From contig CAZSKP010000004.1 in NCBI GenBank assembly GCA_964607485.1, positions 32,001-96,000 on the forward strand: a stretch of DNA of 64,000 nt. The letters run 5' to 3'. Both the position numbers and the translations under genes were made by a program. This document shows, piece by piece, positions 1-9,714 of the stretch (positions are counted from its first letter, which is position 1; each line of letters starts with the position of its first letter). This DNA comes from an uncultured bacterium (GTDB lineage: Bacteria; Abyssobacteria; SURF-5). The notes below the pieces were generated by a model. It ran no database searches and was not told the DNA's origin. It saw only the letters and a program-made list of their open reading frames with translations.

Positions 1-104
1 GGGATAGCTGTGGAAACACAACATCGCGACAGTGAGGCTTCCAGCTTCCATCGATGTGTTGTTTCCCGCCACGTTCGCTCCTCACCCGACTTTCGATACG
101 TGAT

Positions 105-1094
105 TTACCTGAGGACGACCCGGCATCTCGACAGGCGCACTTCCTTGCCGCCCAGGTGGTACTTGTACGGCTCCGCGCCTTTCAGGAAATCGTACTTCTT
201 CCGGCCGATCTCGATGCTGTGCTTGACGCTGAGAATCTTGCAGACCAACCCGACGCTCAACGAACTGAATCGCGGAGCGTATCCGCTGTTGTAGAGATAC
301 ATCGTGTCCCGGTAATCGAAACAGACGGCCGCCGCGGCAGTTGTATTATTCAATCTGAGGAGAAAGAGTCGAAGAATGCCTTCGTCGGACATGGCCCGCA
401 TCATCGACCGGAAAAACGACTCCGTCCGAGGATTCATAAAGATCGCCTTATCCGGCCGGCTCTCACGAAACATCTTCAGGAAAGAATCCAACTGCTCGCC
501 AATTTCCCCGGCGTCATCGAGGACAATGAAACGTACCTCGGCCTCCTCGTCGAGTCTTCTCAATTTGCGCCTGATTTCGTGCCGCTGTTTTCCGTCCAAC
601 ATTTCAAGGTATCCGTTCCAGTCGCCGGGCAACTCCATTTCCACCGACACCTCATCCGGCTCGATGGAGCATGCTCCGCCCCGATTCCGGGCTGCTTCCA
701 CCAGGTGGGAGAGCACCGTCGATTCCGGCCGCAGACACCGAAGGTCAAGTTCCGTTACACGCCGCTTCGACAGATCGTCGAGAAGCGCGTTGTAGAATTC
801 CTCTTCATATCCGGGCGCCACGGCGAAATCCATGTAATCGCAGACCTCCGCATCGCCCACAAAAGAGGCCGCCGCGCCCGTGATGGACAGCGGGGCGACG
901 CCGATAGGTCTTTCGTCAATCTTAATCAAACATATATAGAGTTCGTCATCCGGCTTGAACGCCTGCCTCCATGCCTGCATCCAACGCGGCAGCATGAAAA
1001 CGTGCCGCCCCTGTTGGAGGTCTTCAAAACTGGCCGCGCAAGCGTCGATGGTGTCAAAGCTCTCTAAAGCGGCCGCGCTCGTCACCGCCTTCAA
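105..1094 (-). CDS. GNAT family N-acetyltransferase (CelD/BcsL-like, Acetyltransf_6)
   Basis: 329 aa ORF. Motifs 'KQRHEIRRKLRRL', 'YLYNSGY..FSSLSVG', 'YDFLKGAEPYK' are typical of this family. The TTG start overlaps the biotin carboxylase stop (TTGA). Confidence 0.8.
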   Translation of the reverse strand: MKAVTSAAALESFDTIDACAASFEDLQQGRHVFMLPRWMQAWRQAFKPDDELYICLIKIDERPIGVAPLSITGAAASFVGDAEVCDYMDFAVAPGYEEEFYNALLDDLSKRRVTELDLRCLRPESTVLSHLVEAARNRGGACSIEPDEVSVEMELPGDWNGYLEMLDGKQRHEIRRKLRRLDEEAEVRFIVLDDAGEIGEQLDSFLKMFRESRPDKAIFMNPRTESFFRSMMRAMSDEGILRLFLLRLNNTTAAAAVCFDYRDTMYLYNSGYAPRFSSLSVGLVCKILSVKHSIEIGRKKYDFLKGAEPYKYHLGGKEVRLSRCRVVLR

Positions 1095-2458
1095 TCCTCA
1101 TCCTCGTCGTCGTCCTCGTCCGGAACGAACTTCTTGATATATCCGGTGTGGATATCTCCCTGCTGGAACGCCGGGTCATCGACTATCCTCAGATATAGGG
1201 GGATGGTCGTCTTTATCGGCTGAATCACAAACTCCTGCAAGGCTTTCTTCAGGACGCGGATGGCGCCGTCTCTGGTCGCGTCGTGCGCGATGAGCTTGGC
1301 CACAAGCGAGTCATAATATATCGGCAGCTCGTAGCCCTCGTAGAGGTGGGTGTCCAGCCTCACCCCCGGACCGCCGGGAGGTTTGTATTCCTTAATGACC
1401 CCCGGCGAGGGCGCGAAATTGAAGTCGGGATTCTCGGCGTTAATCCGGCACTCGATGGCCCAGCCGTTGAGATTGATGTCGTCGAAGCCGTATTCGAGTT
1501 TGCCGCCGTCGGCGAGCCGGATTTGTTCCTTGACGAGGTCCACGCCCGTGACCATCTCCGTGACGGGGTGTTCCACCTGGATGCGAGCGTTGACCTCCAT
1601 GAAGTAAAAGTTGCCCTCCCGGTCAAGCAGGAATTCAACCGTGCCTGCATTGAAGTAGTTCAAGGCCTTGGCTGCGTCAATGGCGGCCCGGCCCATGGTT
1701 TTTCGCAGTTCCGGTGTCATGGCCGATGACGGCGCTTCTTCGATCAATTTCTGATAGCGCCGCTGAATCGAGCATTCCCGTTCTCCCAGGTGGATGACGT
1801 TGCCGAGTTTGTCGGCCAGAACCTGGAACTCAATGTGCCTCGGGTCCACCAGGCATTTTTCAATATATAACGAGTCGTCGCCGAAGGCCGCTTTCACTTC
1901 CGCCCGGGCCACGGCGAACTCTTCCCTCAGAACCTCTTCATCCGGGCAGATGCGAATGCCGCGGCCGCCGCCGCCGGCCGCCGCCTTGACCATTACCGGA
2001 TAGCCTATCTCAGAAGCGAGGGCGACTGCCTCATCTATTGAGCCCACTCCATTCCGGCTCGAAGGAACGATGGGCACCCCGGCCTGCCTGATGAGCGTCT
2101 TGGCCTTGATCTTATCGCCGGCGAGAGCCAGGTTTTCCGGAGTCGGACCGACGAAGACCAGGCCGGCGTCGTTACATGCACGGGCAAAGCCACCGTTTTC
2201 GGCCAGATAGCCGTAGCCGGGATGGACGGCCTCGGCGCCTGTTTTTTTTGCCGCCTCGATGATGGCCTCGATGTTCAGATAGCTCTTGGCGCTCATCGGC
2301 GGGCCGATGCAGACGCTCTCGTCGGCGCGGCGAACGTGGAGACTGCGCTCATCGGCCTCGGAATAGACTGCCACGCTTCTTATGCCGAGGTCTTTGGTCG
2401 CGCGTATGACCCTCAGCGCGATCTCGCCTCTGTTGGCTATCAGTATCTTCGAAAACAT
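1091..2458 (-). CDS. accC: Biotin carboxylase subunit of an acyl-CoA carboxylase
   Basis: 'KILIANRGEIA', 'HPGYGYLAEN', 'KAAAGGGGRG', 'ERECSIQRR', 'FMEVNARIQVEHPVTE'; acidic C-terminal tail. Confidence 0.95.
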   Translation of the reverse strand: MFSKILIANRGEIALRVIRATKDLGIRSVAVYSEADERSLHVRRADESVCIGPPMSAKSYLNIEAIIEAAKKTGAEAVHPGYGYLAENGGFARACNDAGLVFVGPTPENLALAGDKIKAKTLIRQAGVPIVPSSRNGVGSIDEAVALASEIGYPVMVKAAAGGGGRGIRICPDEEVLREEFAVARAEVKAAFGDDSLYIEKCLVDPRHIEFQVLADKLGNVIHLGERECSIQRRYQKLIEEAPSSAMTPELRKTMGRAAIDAAKALNYFNAGTVEFLLDREGNFYFMEVNARIQVEHPVTEMVTGVDLVKEQIRLADGGKLEYGFDDINLNGWAIECRINAENPDFNFAPSPGVIKEYKPPGGPGVRLDTHLYEGYELPIYYDSLVAKLIAHDATRDGAIRVLKKALQEFVIQPIKTTIPLYLRIVDDPAFQQGDIHTGYIKKFVPDEDDDEDED

Positions 2459-2504
2459 CGCTTCCTACCCTTGTGGGATTTCACATCCCGACAGGGAATA
2501 AGGC

Positions 2505-2753
2505 CTATTCGGTTTCGATAATAAACATCAAATCCTCGTCCTTAAGCGGGGTCTCATTCTCAGCTACAATCTCGACGACCTTGCCTGCCGTCGGTGACTT
2601 GATCTTCTGGAAAACCTTCATCGTTTCCAGCAGGGCAAGAATCTGCTTCTTTTTGACCGTATCGCCCACCTCGACGTATGGCGGCTGATCGGGAGCCGGC
2701 TTTCTGTAAAACACTCCAGACATGGGCGCTCGCACTTCGATCTTTTTGCTCAT
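2505..2753 (-). CDS. accB: Biotin carboxyl carrier protein (stand-alone biotinyl domain)
   Basis: 82 aa; 'APMSGVFYRKP' and biotinylation motif 'ETMKV'. Confidence 0.9.
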   Translation of the reverse strand: MSKKIEVRAPMSGVFYRKPAPDQPPYVEVGDTVKKKQILALLETMKVFQKIKSPTAGKVVEIVAENETPLKDEDLMFIIETE

Positions 2754-2809
2754 TCCTCATTTGCTCCTGAACGAATCTGGGGTTGGTTTTCAGTTAAAAT
2801 GGGGCGTTA

Positions 2810-3595
2810 CTAGCGTCCCTTCCACACGGGGTCGCGCTTCTCCATGAAGGCGGCTATGCCCTCCATCAGGTCCTCCACCTGCGTGTTGACGGTCAATTGT
2901 GAATGGAGGTAGCTCAGAGCGTCCTCCATGGCCATGTCCGCTATCTGGTAGAAGGACGACTTGCCAAGTCCCATGACGGCCGGACTGTACGACGAGAGCT
3001 TCTTGGCCATCTCGGAAACCTTCTCATGGAACGAGTCCTTGGACACGCAATAGTTAATCAAGCCGATGCGCTCCGCTTCGGCCGCGGGGATACGGTCTCC
3101 GGTCATGCACAGCTCGGCCGCTTTCTTGCGGCCCACGTTGCGGATGAGCACGGCCGTGACCATGTAGGGCCAAAGCCCGCGCTTTATCTCCGGCAGGCCG
3201 AACTGGGCGTCCTCCCTGGCCACGGCAACGTCGCTGGACAGGCAGAGCCCCATGCCTCCGGCCAGGCAGTATCCTTCGATGGCCGCCAGGATCGGTTTTT
3301 TGCATTTATTCATCTTAACCAAGAGGTCGACATAATGGAGCCGGTCGTAGTGCATGTCGAGAAACGACTGCGCAGCGCCGAAGCTGCCGCCCAGGTCGGC
3401 GCCGGAGCAGAAATTGCTCCCCGCCCCGGTCAGGATGATTGCCGAAACGTCAGGGGCCGCCCCGGCCTGGTCGAAATATTGATTCAGGCCGGCCATGACG
3501 TTGGAGTTGATTGAATTGCGCCTTTCCGGCCGGTTGATGGTGATGGTGGCCACCTTGTCCTTGACGCTATAAAGAACCTCTTGGTTCTCGCTCAT
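2810..3595 (-). CDS. Enoyl-CoA hydratase/isomerase (crotonase family)
   Basis: Start moved to ATG 3595 (MSENQEV, RBS GAGGAGG). Motifs 'FCSGADL', 'GYCLAGG', 'FGLPEIKRG'. Confidence 0.9.
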   Translation of the reverse strand: MSENQEVLYSVKDKVATITINRPERRNSINSNVMAGLNQYFDQAGAAPDVSAIILTGAGSNFCSGADLGGSFGAAQSFLDMHYDRLHYVDLLVKMNKCKKPILAAIEGYCLAGGMGLCLSSDVAVAREDAQFGLPEIKRGLWPYMVTAVLIRNVGRKKAAELCMTGDRIPAAEAERIGLINYCVSKDSFHEKVSEMAKKLSSYSPAVMGLGKSSFYQIADMAMEDALSYLHSQLTVNTQVEDLMEGIAAFMEKRDPVWKGR

Positions 3596-3621
3596 GGTCG
3601 TCCCTCCTCGTTCGTGGCGTG

Positions 3622-4488
3622 TTATTTCTTGAGCCCCAGGATTCGGCGCGCTTCCTCGGCAGTGGCGATCTCCCGACCCACCTCGCGCGTGATCTTGGCC
3701 AGGGCCTCGACCAACTCCCCGTTGCTTTGGGCCTTCTCGCCGCTGGGCAGGTAGAACGTGTCTTCCAACCCGGTGCGTACGTTGCCGCCTTCTTCCAGCG
3801 CCTTTCGCTGGAGGTCCCAGACTTCCTTCCGGCCGACGCAGATTACCTGCCAGTGGGTACCGGGCAGCATCTCCTTCTTGAGGAGCGGCACCCATTCGGG
3901 TTTCGCTGGCTGGCCGCTTGCCACGCCCATGACCAGCGAGATGTGCGGGTCGCCCTCGAACATCCCGGCCTTCTTGTACAACGCCACACTGCGCACGATG
4001 CCCGAATCGAAGCACTCGAACTCGGGGACGACGTCGTTGGCCGTCATCACGTCGAGGAATGCCTGGACCTTCTCCACCGGGTTATCGAACGTCATCGGCG
4101 GCCAGGCCCAAGTGCCGTCTCCCTTGAGCTTGAGGTAGTTCAAAGACCCGGCGTTGCATGCGGCCATCTCGGGCTTGATCGCCTCCAGGCAGGCCACCGG
4201 CCCGGAAATGTCGGGACCGACCACGCCGGTGCTCTGGTTAATGATGATGCCCGGCACCCGCTCTCTGATGGCGTCGATAATCGACCTGACGACGCCGACG
4301 TCCCACGTGGGATATGCGCCCATGCCCGGATTCTGATCGCGGAAATGGCAGTGCACGATGGAGGCGCCCTGATTCCAGGCCTGCTCCGCGGCGTCGGCCA
4401 TCTGCTCGGGTGTGACGGGGATATTCCCCATATTCGGATTGGTCAGAACGCCGGTAAGGGCGCACGTCAGTATGGCTTTGTCGCTCAT
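3622..4488 (-). CDS. Beta-keto acid cleavage enzyme (BKACE / Kce, DUF849) family protein
   Basis: Start moved to ATG 4488 (MSDKAILTCALTG, RBS AGGAGG). Motifs 'IPVTPEQ', metal-binding 'HCH', 'PEFECFD', 'GGNVRTGLED'. Confidence 0.9.
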   Translation of the reverse strand: MSDKAILTCALTGVLTNPNMGNIPVTPEQMADAAEQAWNQGASIVHCHFRDQNPGMGAYPTWDVGVVRSIIDAIRERVPGIIINQSTGVVGPDISGPVACLEAIKPEMAACNAGSLNYLKLKGDGTWAWPPMTFDNPVEKVQAFLDVMTANDVVPEFECFDSGIVRSVALYKKAGMFEGDPHISLVMGVASGQPAKPEWVPLLKKEMLPGTHWQVICVGRKEVWDLQRKALEEGGNVRTGLEDTFYLPSGEKAQSNGELVEALAKITREVGREIATAEEARRILGLKK

Positions 4489-4543
4489 GCAATACCTCCT
4501 GTCATTTGATAAGGCTCGGCTGCGCGTCTGGTCGGGATGTCTA

Positions 4544-6100
4544 TCACGCGGGAGAAGTGCCGTGTTTCTTCGCTCTGCGCGGCAACTTCTCCGCCTTGTT
4601 CCTGGTAATATCCAGTGCTTCGATAATTTTCTTTCGGGTATCCTTTGGCTCGATGATCTCGTCAACCACCTGGGCGGTCCAGGAATGGGCCGCGTCGAAC
4701 ACGTCCACTTTTTCGCGGGACCGGTTCAGGTATACTTCATACGCGTCTTCTTCGATTCCTTTGCCATAAATCTCGTTGTATTTCAGCTCCGACGCCTCGA
4801 CGGCGAATCGGGCGATGGGCCAGGCATACGTCAGGTCCGCGCCGAGCCCTTTCACGCCGCTCATGACCATGCTGCCGGAATCGGCGTACGCCTCGCGCAG
4901 TACCACTCCGATTTTGGGGACCGTCGCCGTGGCGTACACATCGACAATCTTGCCGATATGCCGGAGCAGTCCCTTGGCTTCCTCTTCCTCGCCGGGAACG
5001 AGGGGCGGCGTGTCCACCAGGTTGACCAATGGCGTGCTGTAGGCCTCGAGGGTCTGCAGAAAGCGGTAATACTTGTCGCAGGCGTTGATTTCGTAAATGC
5101 TGCCCGGCTCGGCGGGATTATTGGCGACCAATCCGACCACCTCGCCGTTGAAGCGGCAGTATCCGGCGATGAGCTGCTTGGCGTATTCGTTCTTGATCTC
5201 GAAAAAGTCGCCGTCGTCAACCAGTTCCCGGATGACGTCGTGCATATCGTACTTACGATCGAATTCATCGGGCACGATATCGACCAGCTTTCCCACTTCG
5301 CGGCCGGCGTCGTCGGTCCGCTCCCAGGCGAGCGGTTTCTCGCGATAATTCGCCGGCAGGTACCGCAGCAATTCGCGGCAGGCCAGAATGGACTCCTTGT
5401 CGTCGTCGCCCACCACATCGCACGTTCCGCTCAACTGCATGTGATAGTCGGCGCCGCCCACGTTGCGGTCGATCTTTTCCGAGGTCGCCGCCGCGGTCTG
5501 GCGCGGGCCGCCCAGCCACAGGTTGCCGGAAATCCGGCTGATAAACAGGAAATCGCACAGCGTCGGAAGGTATGCGCCGCCGGCAATGCAGGGCCCCATC
5601 AGCACGGTAATCTGTGGAATCACGCCCGAATATATGGATTCGAGGTAAAACATCCAATCCACGCCGGCCATGGCCACGTCGCGGTATCCCAGGCGGCCGC
5701 CCGACGAATCGAGCAGGTTCACAAGCGGGATGCCCCATGCAGCCGCCATTTCGAGGACGCGGCAGTATTTCATGATATGCTGCTGGCCGATGGAGCCGCC
5801 AAGGACGGTGAAGTCGGAGGAATAAATCATGATGGTGCGGCCATGCACCTTGGCCGTGCCCACGACGGCGCCGTCGCAGGGCGCGTCGGTGAAGCGGCCG
5901 TCGATGCGGATGCCGGTGGTGTTCACACAGGAGCCCAGTTCGGCGAACGTGCCTTCATCAATGAGGACGTCGATCCTCTCCCGGGCGGTCAACTTGCCGC
6001 GGCCGTGTTGCCGCTCGATGTGCTTGATGCCGCCACCCAGCTTGTTCTTCTCCTGTATTTCACGATAGCGTTTGAGCGCTTCTTCCATTCGGTTTCCCAT
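4544..6100 (-). CDS. Acyl-CoA carboxylase carboxyltransferase subunit (CT2), degenerate C-domain motif
   Basis: 'GKLTARERI', 'DFTVLGGS', 'GPCIAGGAY', 'IPQITV'. The C-domain reads 'REAYADSG' where the family has 'RKAYGG'. Confidence 0.9.
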   Translation of the reverse strand: MGNRMEEALKRYREIQEKNKLGGGIKHIERQHGRGKLTARERIDVLIDEGTFAELGSCVNTTGIRIDGRFTDAPCDGAVVGTAKVHGRTIMIYSSDFTVLGGSIGQQHIMKYCRVLEMAAAWGIPLVNLLDSSGGRLGYRDVAMAGVDWMFYLESIYSGVIPQITVLMGPCIAGGAYLPTLCDFLFISRISGNLWLGGPRQTAAATSEKIDRNVGGADYHMQLSGTCDVVGDDDKESILACRELLRYLPANYREKPLAWERTDDAGREVGKLVDIVPDEFDRKYDMHDVIRELVDDGDFFEIKNEYAKQLIAGYCRFNGEVVGLVANNPAEPGSIYEINACDKYYRFLQTLEAYSTPLVNLVDTPPLVPGEEEEAKGLLRHIGKIVDVYATATVPKIGVVLREAYADSGSMVMSGVKGLGADLTYAWPIARFAVEASELKYNEIYGKGIEEDAYEVYLNRSREKVDVFDAAHSWTAQVVDEIIEPKDTRKKIIEALDITRNKAEKLPRRAKKHGTSPA

Positions 6101-6161
6101 ATTTCAATAACCCCCTGATTCGACCATTCGGTTTCCCATGCTTCGAAAAACCCTGACACGA

Positions 6162-7712
6162 CTACGCGGGTTTGATGTAGCGTCTCTTCTCAGGCCTCTC
6201 TTCATGCTTGTTGGCCGATGCGTGGAGCGCCTTGATGATGCGCGAGCGAGTGTCCCTGGGGTCGATGACCTCATGGACGGTGTACCATGTCGTAAAGAGC
6301 TTGCCCATCGTCATGACACTGAACATTTCACGAAGAATGCCCACGTAGAAATTGAAGAGGTCATCGTAGTTGCCCGCTTCCTTGGCCTTTTCCAGTTCCT
6401 TATGGAACACGGCATGGACCATCATCTCCGGGCCTGTGGGGGCAAACTCGGTCGTGGGCCAGCCGTAAATGAAATCCGGCCCCATCTTGCTGCAGCCCAT
6501 GACGATATTGGAGCCGCCGTAGGATCGCCGCAGCACCATGGTGACCTTTTGTGTCGTCAGGTTGGTATAGCCGTGCAGGTTCTTGGCTCCGTGGCGGATA
6601 ACGCCCTTGCGCTCCCATCGGTCGCCGGGGGGAAAGGCCGTCGTGTCGGACATGGTCAGCAAGGGGATGTTGAAGCAGTCGAGAAACATCAGAAAGCGGT
6701 CATATTTATCGGACGAATCCGGTTCCATGATGCCGCTCAGCTCGTCCGGATTGTTGGCGGCGATGCCCGTGACCATGCCGTCGAATCGGGCGAAGCCAAT
6801 GACCATGTTGGGGGCAAAATCCTCCTGGAGTTCGAAAAATTCGCCGTTATCCACAATCAGGTCGATGATCTCGTGCATGTCGTAGGTGAACCGGACATTG
6901 TCGGGCATCACATTGAGCAGGGCCTCTTCACGCCGGTTGGGATCGTCGGTCGGCTCGATTGCCGCTGGCCGCTCCCAGCAGTTCTGAGGGATAAACTCGA
7001 GGACCTGTTTGCAGAGGTCGAGCGCCTTCTCGTCGCTCTCGGCCACGAGGTGGCACTGGCCGGATTGCGTCATATGGAAATCGGCCGAGCCCGCGTCCTC
7101 GGACTCGATCGGGCCGCCCAGCCACAAGAACCCCGTCTTGCTGTTCATGATCAGGAAATCCGACAGCACGGGCACCTTGGCCATCGGTCCGGTACACGGC
7201 CCCAGCACCAGCGCAATCTGGGGGATTACTCCGGAGTAGTAGCAATAATTCTTGAGCACACGGGCGATACCGTACTGTCCGACGTATCCCTTCTCCATGC
7301 TGACGCGGCTTCCGGCGGAATCGAAGATGCCGATAATCGGCATTTGTTCCTGCCCGGCCATTTGGACAAATTCGGCGATCTTCCATACGCCCTGATCGCC
7401 GAAGGAGCCGGACATCACCGTGAAATCCATCGAATAGACCATGACCGGCCGACCGCCCACCTTGATCATGCCCATGATCACGCCGTCCCCAGGGCTCGGT
7501 TTGGTGCTGGAATCCGGAAACGCTCGAAACTCCCGGACCAGCGAGCCGATTTCCTCAAAAGTGCCGGGGTCGGCCAGATATTCGATGCGCTCTCGCGCGG
7601 TGAGCTTGCCTAGGCTGTGCTGTACCTCGACGCGGTCCGGCCCGCCACCCGCGAGGTTTTCCTGCCGGATCGTCTCAAGCTTCGCAAGATAGCCGTCCAT
7701 CCATTCGCCCAT
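6162..7712 (-). CDS. Acyl-CoA carboxylase carboxyltransferase subunit (CT1), degenerate N-domain motif
   Basis: Start moved to ATG 7712 (MGEWMDG). Motifs 'GKLTARERI', 'GVIRHGAK', 'RRSYGGS'. The N-domain reads 'GPCTGPMA' where the family has 'GPCAGG'. Confidence 0.9.
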   Translation of the reverse strand: MGEWMDGYLAKLETIRQENLAGGGPDRVEVQHSLGKLTARERIEYLADPGTFEEIGSLVREFRAFPDSSTKPSPGDGVIMGMIKVGGRPVMVYSMDFTVMSGSFGDQGVWKIAEFVQMAGQEQMPIIGIFDSAGSRVSMEKGYVGQYGIARVLKNYCYYSGVIPQIALVLGPCTGPMAKVPVLSDFLIMNSKTGFLWLGGPIESEDAGSADFHMTQSGQCHLVAESDEKALDLCKQVLEFIPQNCWERPAAIEPTDDPNRREEALLNVMPDNVRFTYDMHEIIDLIVDNGEFFELQEDFAPNMVIGFARFDGMVTGIAANNPDELSGIMEPDSSDKYDRFLMFLDCFNIPLLTMSDTTAFPPGDRWERKGVIRHGAKNLHGYTNLTTQKVTMVLRRSYGGSNIVMGCSKMGPDFIYGWPTTEFAPTGPEMMVHAVFHKELEKAKEAGNYDDLFNFYVGILREMFSVMTMGKLFTTWYTVHEVIDPRDTRSRIIKALHASANKHEERPEKRRYIKPA

Positions 7713-7939
7713 GCTCACTATCTCCTTTCGCTCAGTTTCAGCCCGTCCAGGCCGCATTCAAGCGCGGTCAGCGGCATCTCGTTGAGAAACCCGACCTGTT
7801 CGGGCAGTACGTACGGGTCAGGGATTCCACGGCATGACGGACGATGTCGGCATTGAGCGCCTCTTCGTCGTTGCCGTATTAGGGGCAGTCCCGAGCTAGT
7901 ATATCATATGCCGCAGCCGTTTCATACGAATAATACGGG

Positions 7940-9643
7940 CTATATGCCGGAGTACACCACCCCGAACATATCTGCTGCGGGCGGAATCAGGTTTGAGGTC
8001 TTGTCCGTGGCGACGTGCACGACAGCCGGCTCATCGGCGTCCTTCGCCCTCTTGATCGCATCGGGCAGGGCGTCGATCTTGTCCACGTATTCCGCGTAAC
8101 AGCCGATTCCTTCGGCCATCTTGTCCCACCTCACGGGGTGCTGGGCGCATCCAACAACTTTGGAAGGATCGCCGAACTCCATTATCTGGGTGGCCTCTTC
8201 CATGCACCAGGAGCGCTCCGCATGGATCATCACGGTGATCTTCACCTTCTCACGGACAGCCGTTTCGAGTTCCATGAAGTTGAAACCGGCGGCTCCATCT
8301 CCATTGATTACATAGACGTCCTTGTCGGGATTGGCAAGCTTCGCGCCGATGGCCTGCGGTATGCCGGTGCCCAGATGTCCGAACTCGAAGATGCCGAGCG
8401 CAGTTCTCGGTTTCGTGAACGTGGTGAACAGCGTGTTATAGAGGCTGGTATTACCGCCGTCGCCGACATTGATGGCGTCCTCTCCGAATACCTGTCTTGC
8501 GGCCTCGACAGAGTGGGCGGGGTGAATCAGCTCTCCCTCGTAGCTTCTTATGGGCTGCTTCATCTCCGCCTCCCAATCCTCATCAAGCTTCTTGTACCTC
8601 TTGACGATGCTCCCGTCGAACGGCTTCACCTTTTTCTTCTTCAATTGGCCGATGAGTGCCTTGAGGGTCGCCTTGGCGTCTCCGACGATGCCCATTGCGA
8701 TGGGTCTGTTGACGCCGATATTCGCCGGGTCGATGTCCACCTGGATAATCTTCTGCGTTTTCCTGTCGCCCCAATACGGGTCGAATGGAAGGTCGAGCTC
8801 GCCCAGCCGCGTCCCGATGGCCAGGATGACGTCGGCCTCACGCCTCGCGGTCATCGCCCCGTCGCCCCATGTGAGCAGGCCGTTGGGATGCCGGTCGGAG
8901 ATGGCTCCCCGCGAGCTGGCGGTGGTGGTGCCGGGACAGTTCAGATACTCCACCAGTTCAGCAAATTCTCCCCACGCGCCCGCGTTGAGCACGCCGGTGC
9001 CCGCCATGAGCAGAGGATTCTTCGCGTTGGCGATGAGTGCCGCCATCTCTTCGATGTGCTCCTGGGCGGGCGCGGGGACGGGTGCTCGATACTGGCTCGG
9101 TTCGAGTATCGTGACCGTCGAATCGTCTCCTGTTTCGTAGAATATCGTATCCGGTATATCCACCTGGACTGGCCCGGGCCTGCCCGCAGTCGCCATGCGA
9201 TACGCCGTCTGGATAAGCTCGGGTATTCTCTCCCAGCTATGCACAACCGCGTTCCATTTTGTGATCGGTTTGAATAGGTCATACTGGTCAAGCCCCTGAA
9301 ACACGCCCGACTTGGCCGGGTATATCACCCCCGACCGCCGCTGAGCAGTGATTGCGATAACGGGAGCGCCCTCCTCCTTCGCGCAGAGAATTCCCGGGAT
9401 AAGGTTTGCCGTTCCCGGGCCCGCGCCTGCCATTACCACCGGAATCTCGCCGCTTGTCTTGTACACCCCCTGGGCCATGTGCGCAGCCGCGGACTCGTGA
9501 CGAGGGGGCACCCATCGTATCCCGTATTCCGCCACCTTTCCCATGACCGGATTGTACGCAAAATCCGGGAGGGCGAAGATTCGCTTCAGTCCCTCTTTCT
9601 GCAAACACTTCAGGAGCAGTTCGCCTCCGGTAATCTCTGCCAT
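7940..9643 (-). CDS. Thiamine pyrophosphate-dependent enzyme (acetolactate synthase-like superfamily; substrate unknown)
   Basis: 'RHESAAAHMA', 'GPGTAN', 'GRPGPV', TPP-binding 'GDGAAGF'. Confidence 0.88.
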   Translation of the reverse strand: MAEITGGELLLKCLQKEGLKRIFALPDFAYNPVMGKVAEYGIRWVPPRHESAAAHMAQGVYKTSGEIPVVMAGAGPGTANLIPGILCAKEEGAPVIAITAQRRSGVIYPAKSGVFQGLDQYDLFKPITKWNAVVHSWERIPELIQTAYRMATAGRPGPVQVDIPDTIFYETGDDSTVTILEPSQYRAPVPAPAQEHIEEMAALIANAKNPLLMAGTGVLNAGAWGEFAELVEYLNCPGTTTASSRGAISDRHPNGLLTWGDGAMTARREADVILAIGTRLGELDLPFDPYWGDRKTQKIIQVDIDPANIGVNRPIAMGIVGDAKATLKALIGQLKKKKVKPFDGSIVKRYKKLDEDWEAEMKQPIRSYEGELIHPAHSVEAARQVFGEDAINVGDGGNTSLYNTLFTTFTKPRTALGIFEFGHLGTGIPQAIGAKLANPDKDVYVINGDGAAGFNFMELETAVREKVKITVMIHAERSWCMEEATQIMEFGDPSKVVGCAQHPVRWDKMAEGIGCYAEYVDKIDALPDAIKRAKDADEPAVVHVATDKTSNLIPPAADMFGVVYSGI

Positions 9644-9714
9644 GATCTCATCTCCTTATCAGACAACAACAAGCTACACCAGTTAGATTCCCTCGGTTGC
9701 TTCAGCCCAACGCT

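Noticed and set aside
2810-4665. Extended N-termini of the crotonase (from 4015) and BKACE (from 4665) suggesting fusions or overlaps
   Set aside because: The extensions overlap upstream genes in other frames; internal ATGs with good RBSs at 3595 and 4488 fit family lengths.
6101-6139. Selenocysteine readthrough of the in-frame TGA before CT2
   Set aside because: The TGA lies in a duplicated start region, not at a catalytic Cys position, and no SECIS-like hairpin is evident.
4412-9277. Long + strand ORFs (568, 491 and 420 aa)
   Set aside because: Antisense to well-supported carboxyltransferase and TPP-enzyme genes.
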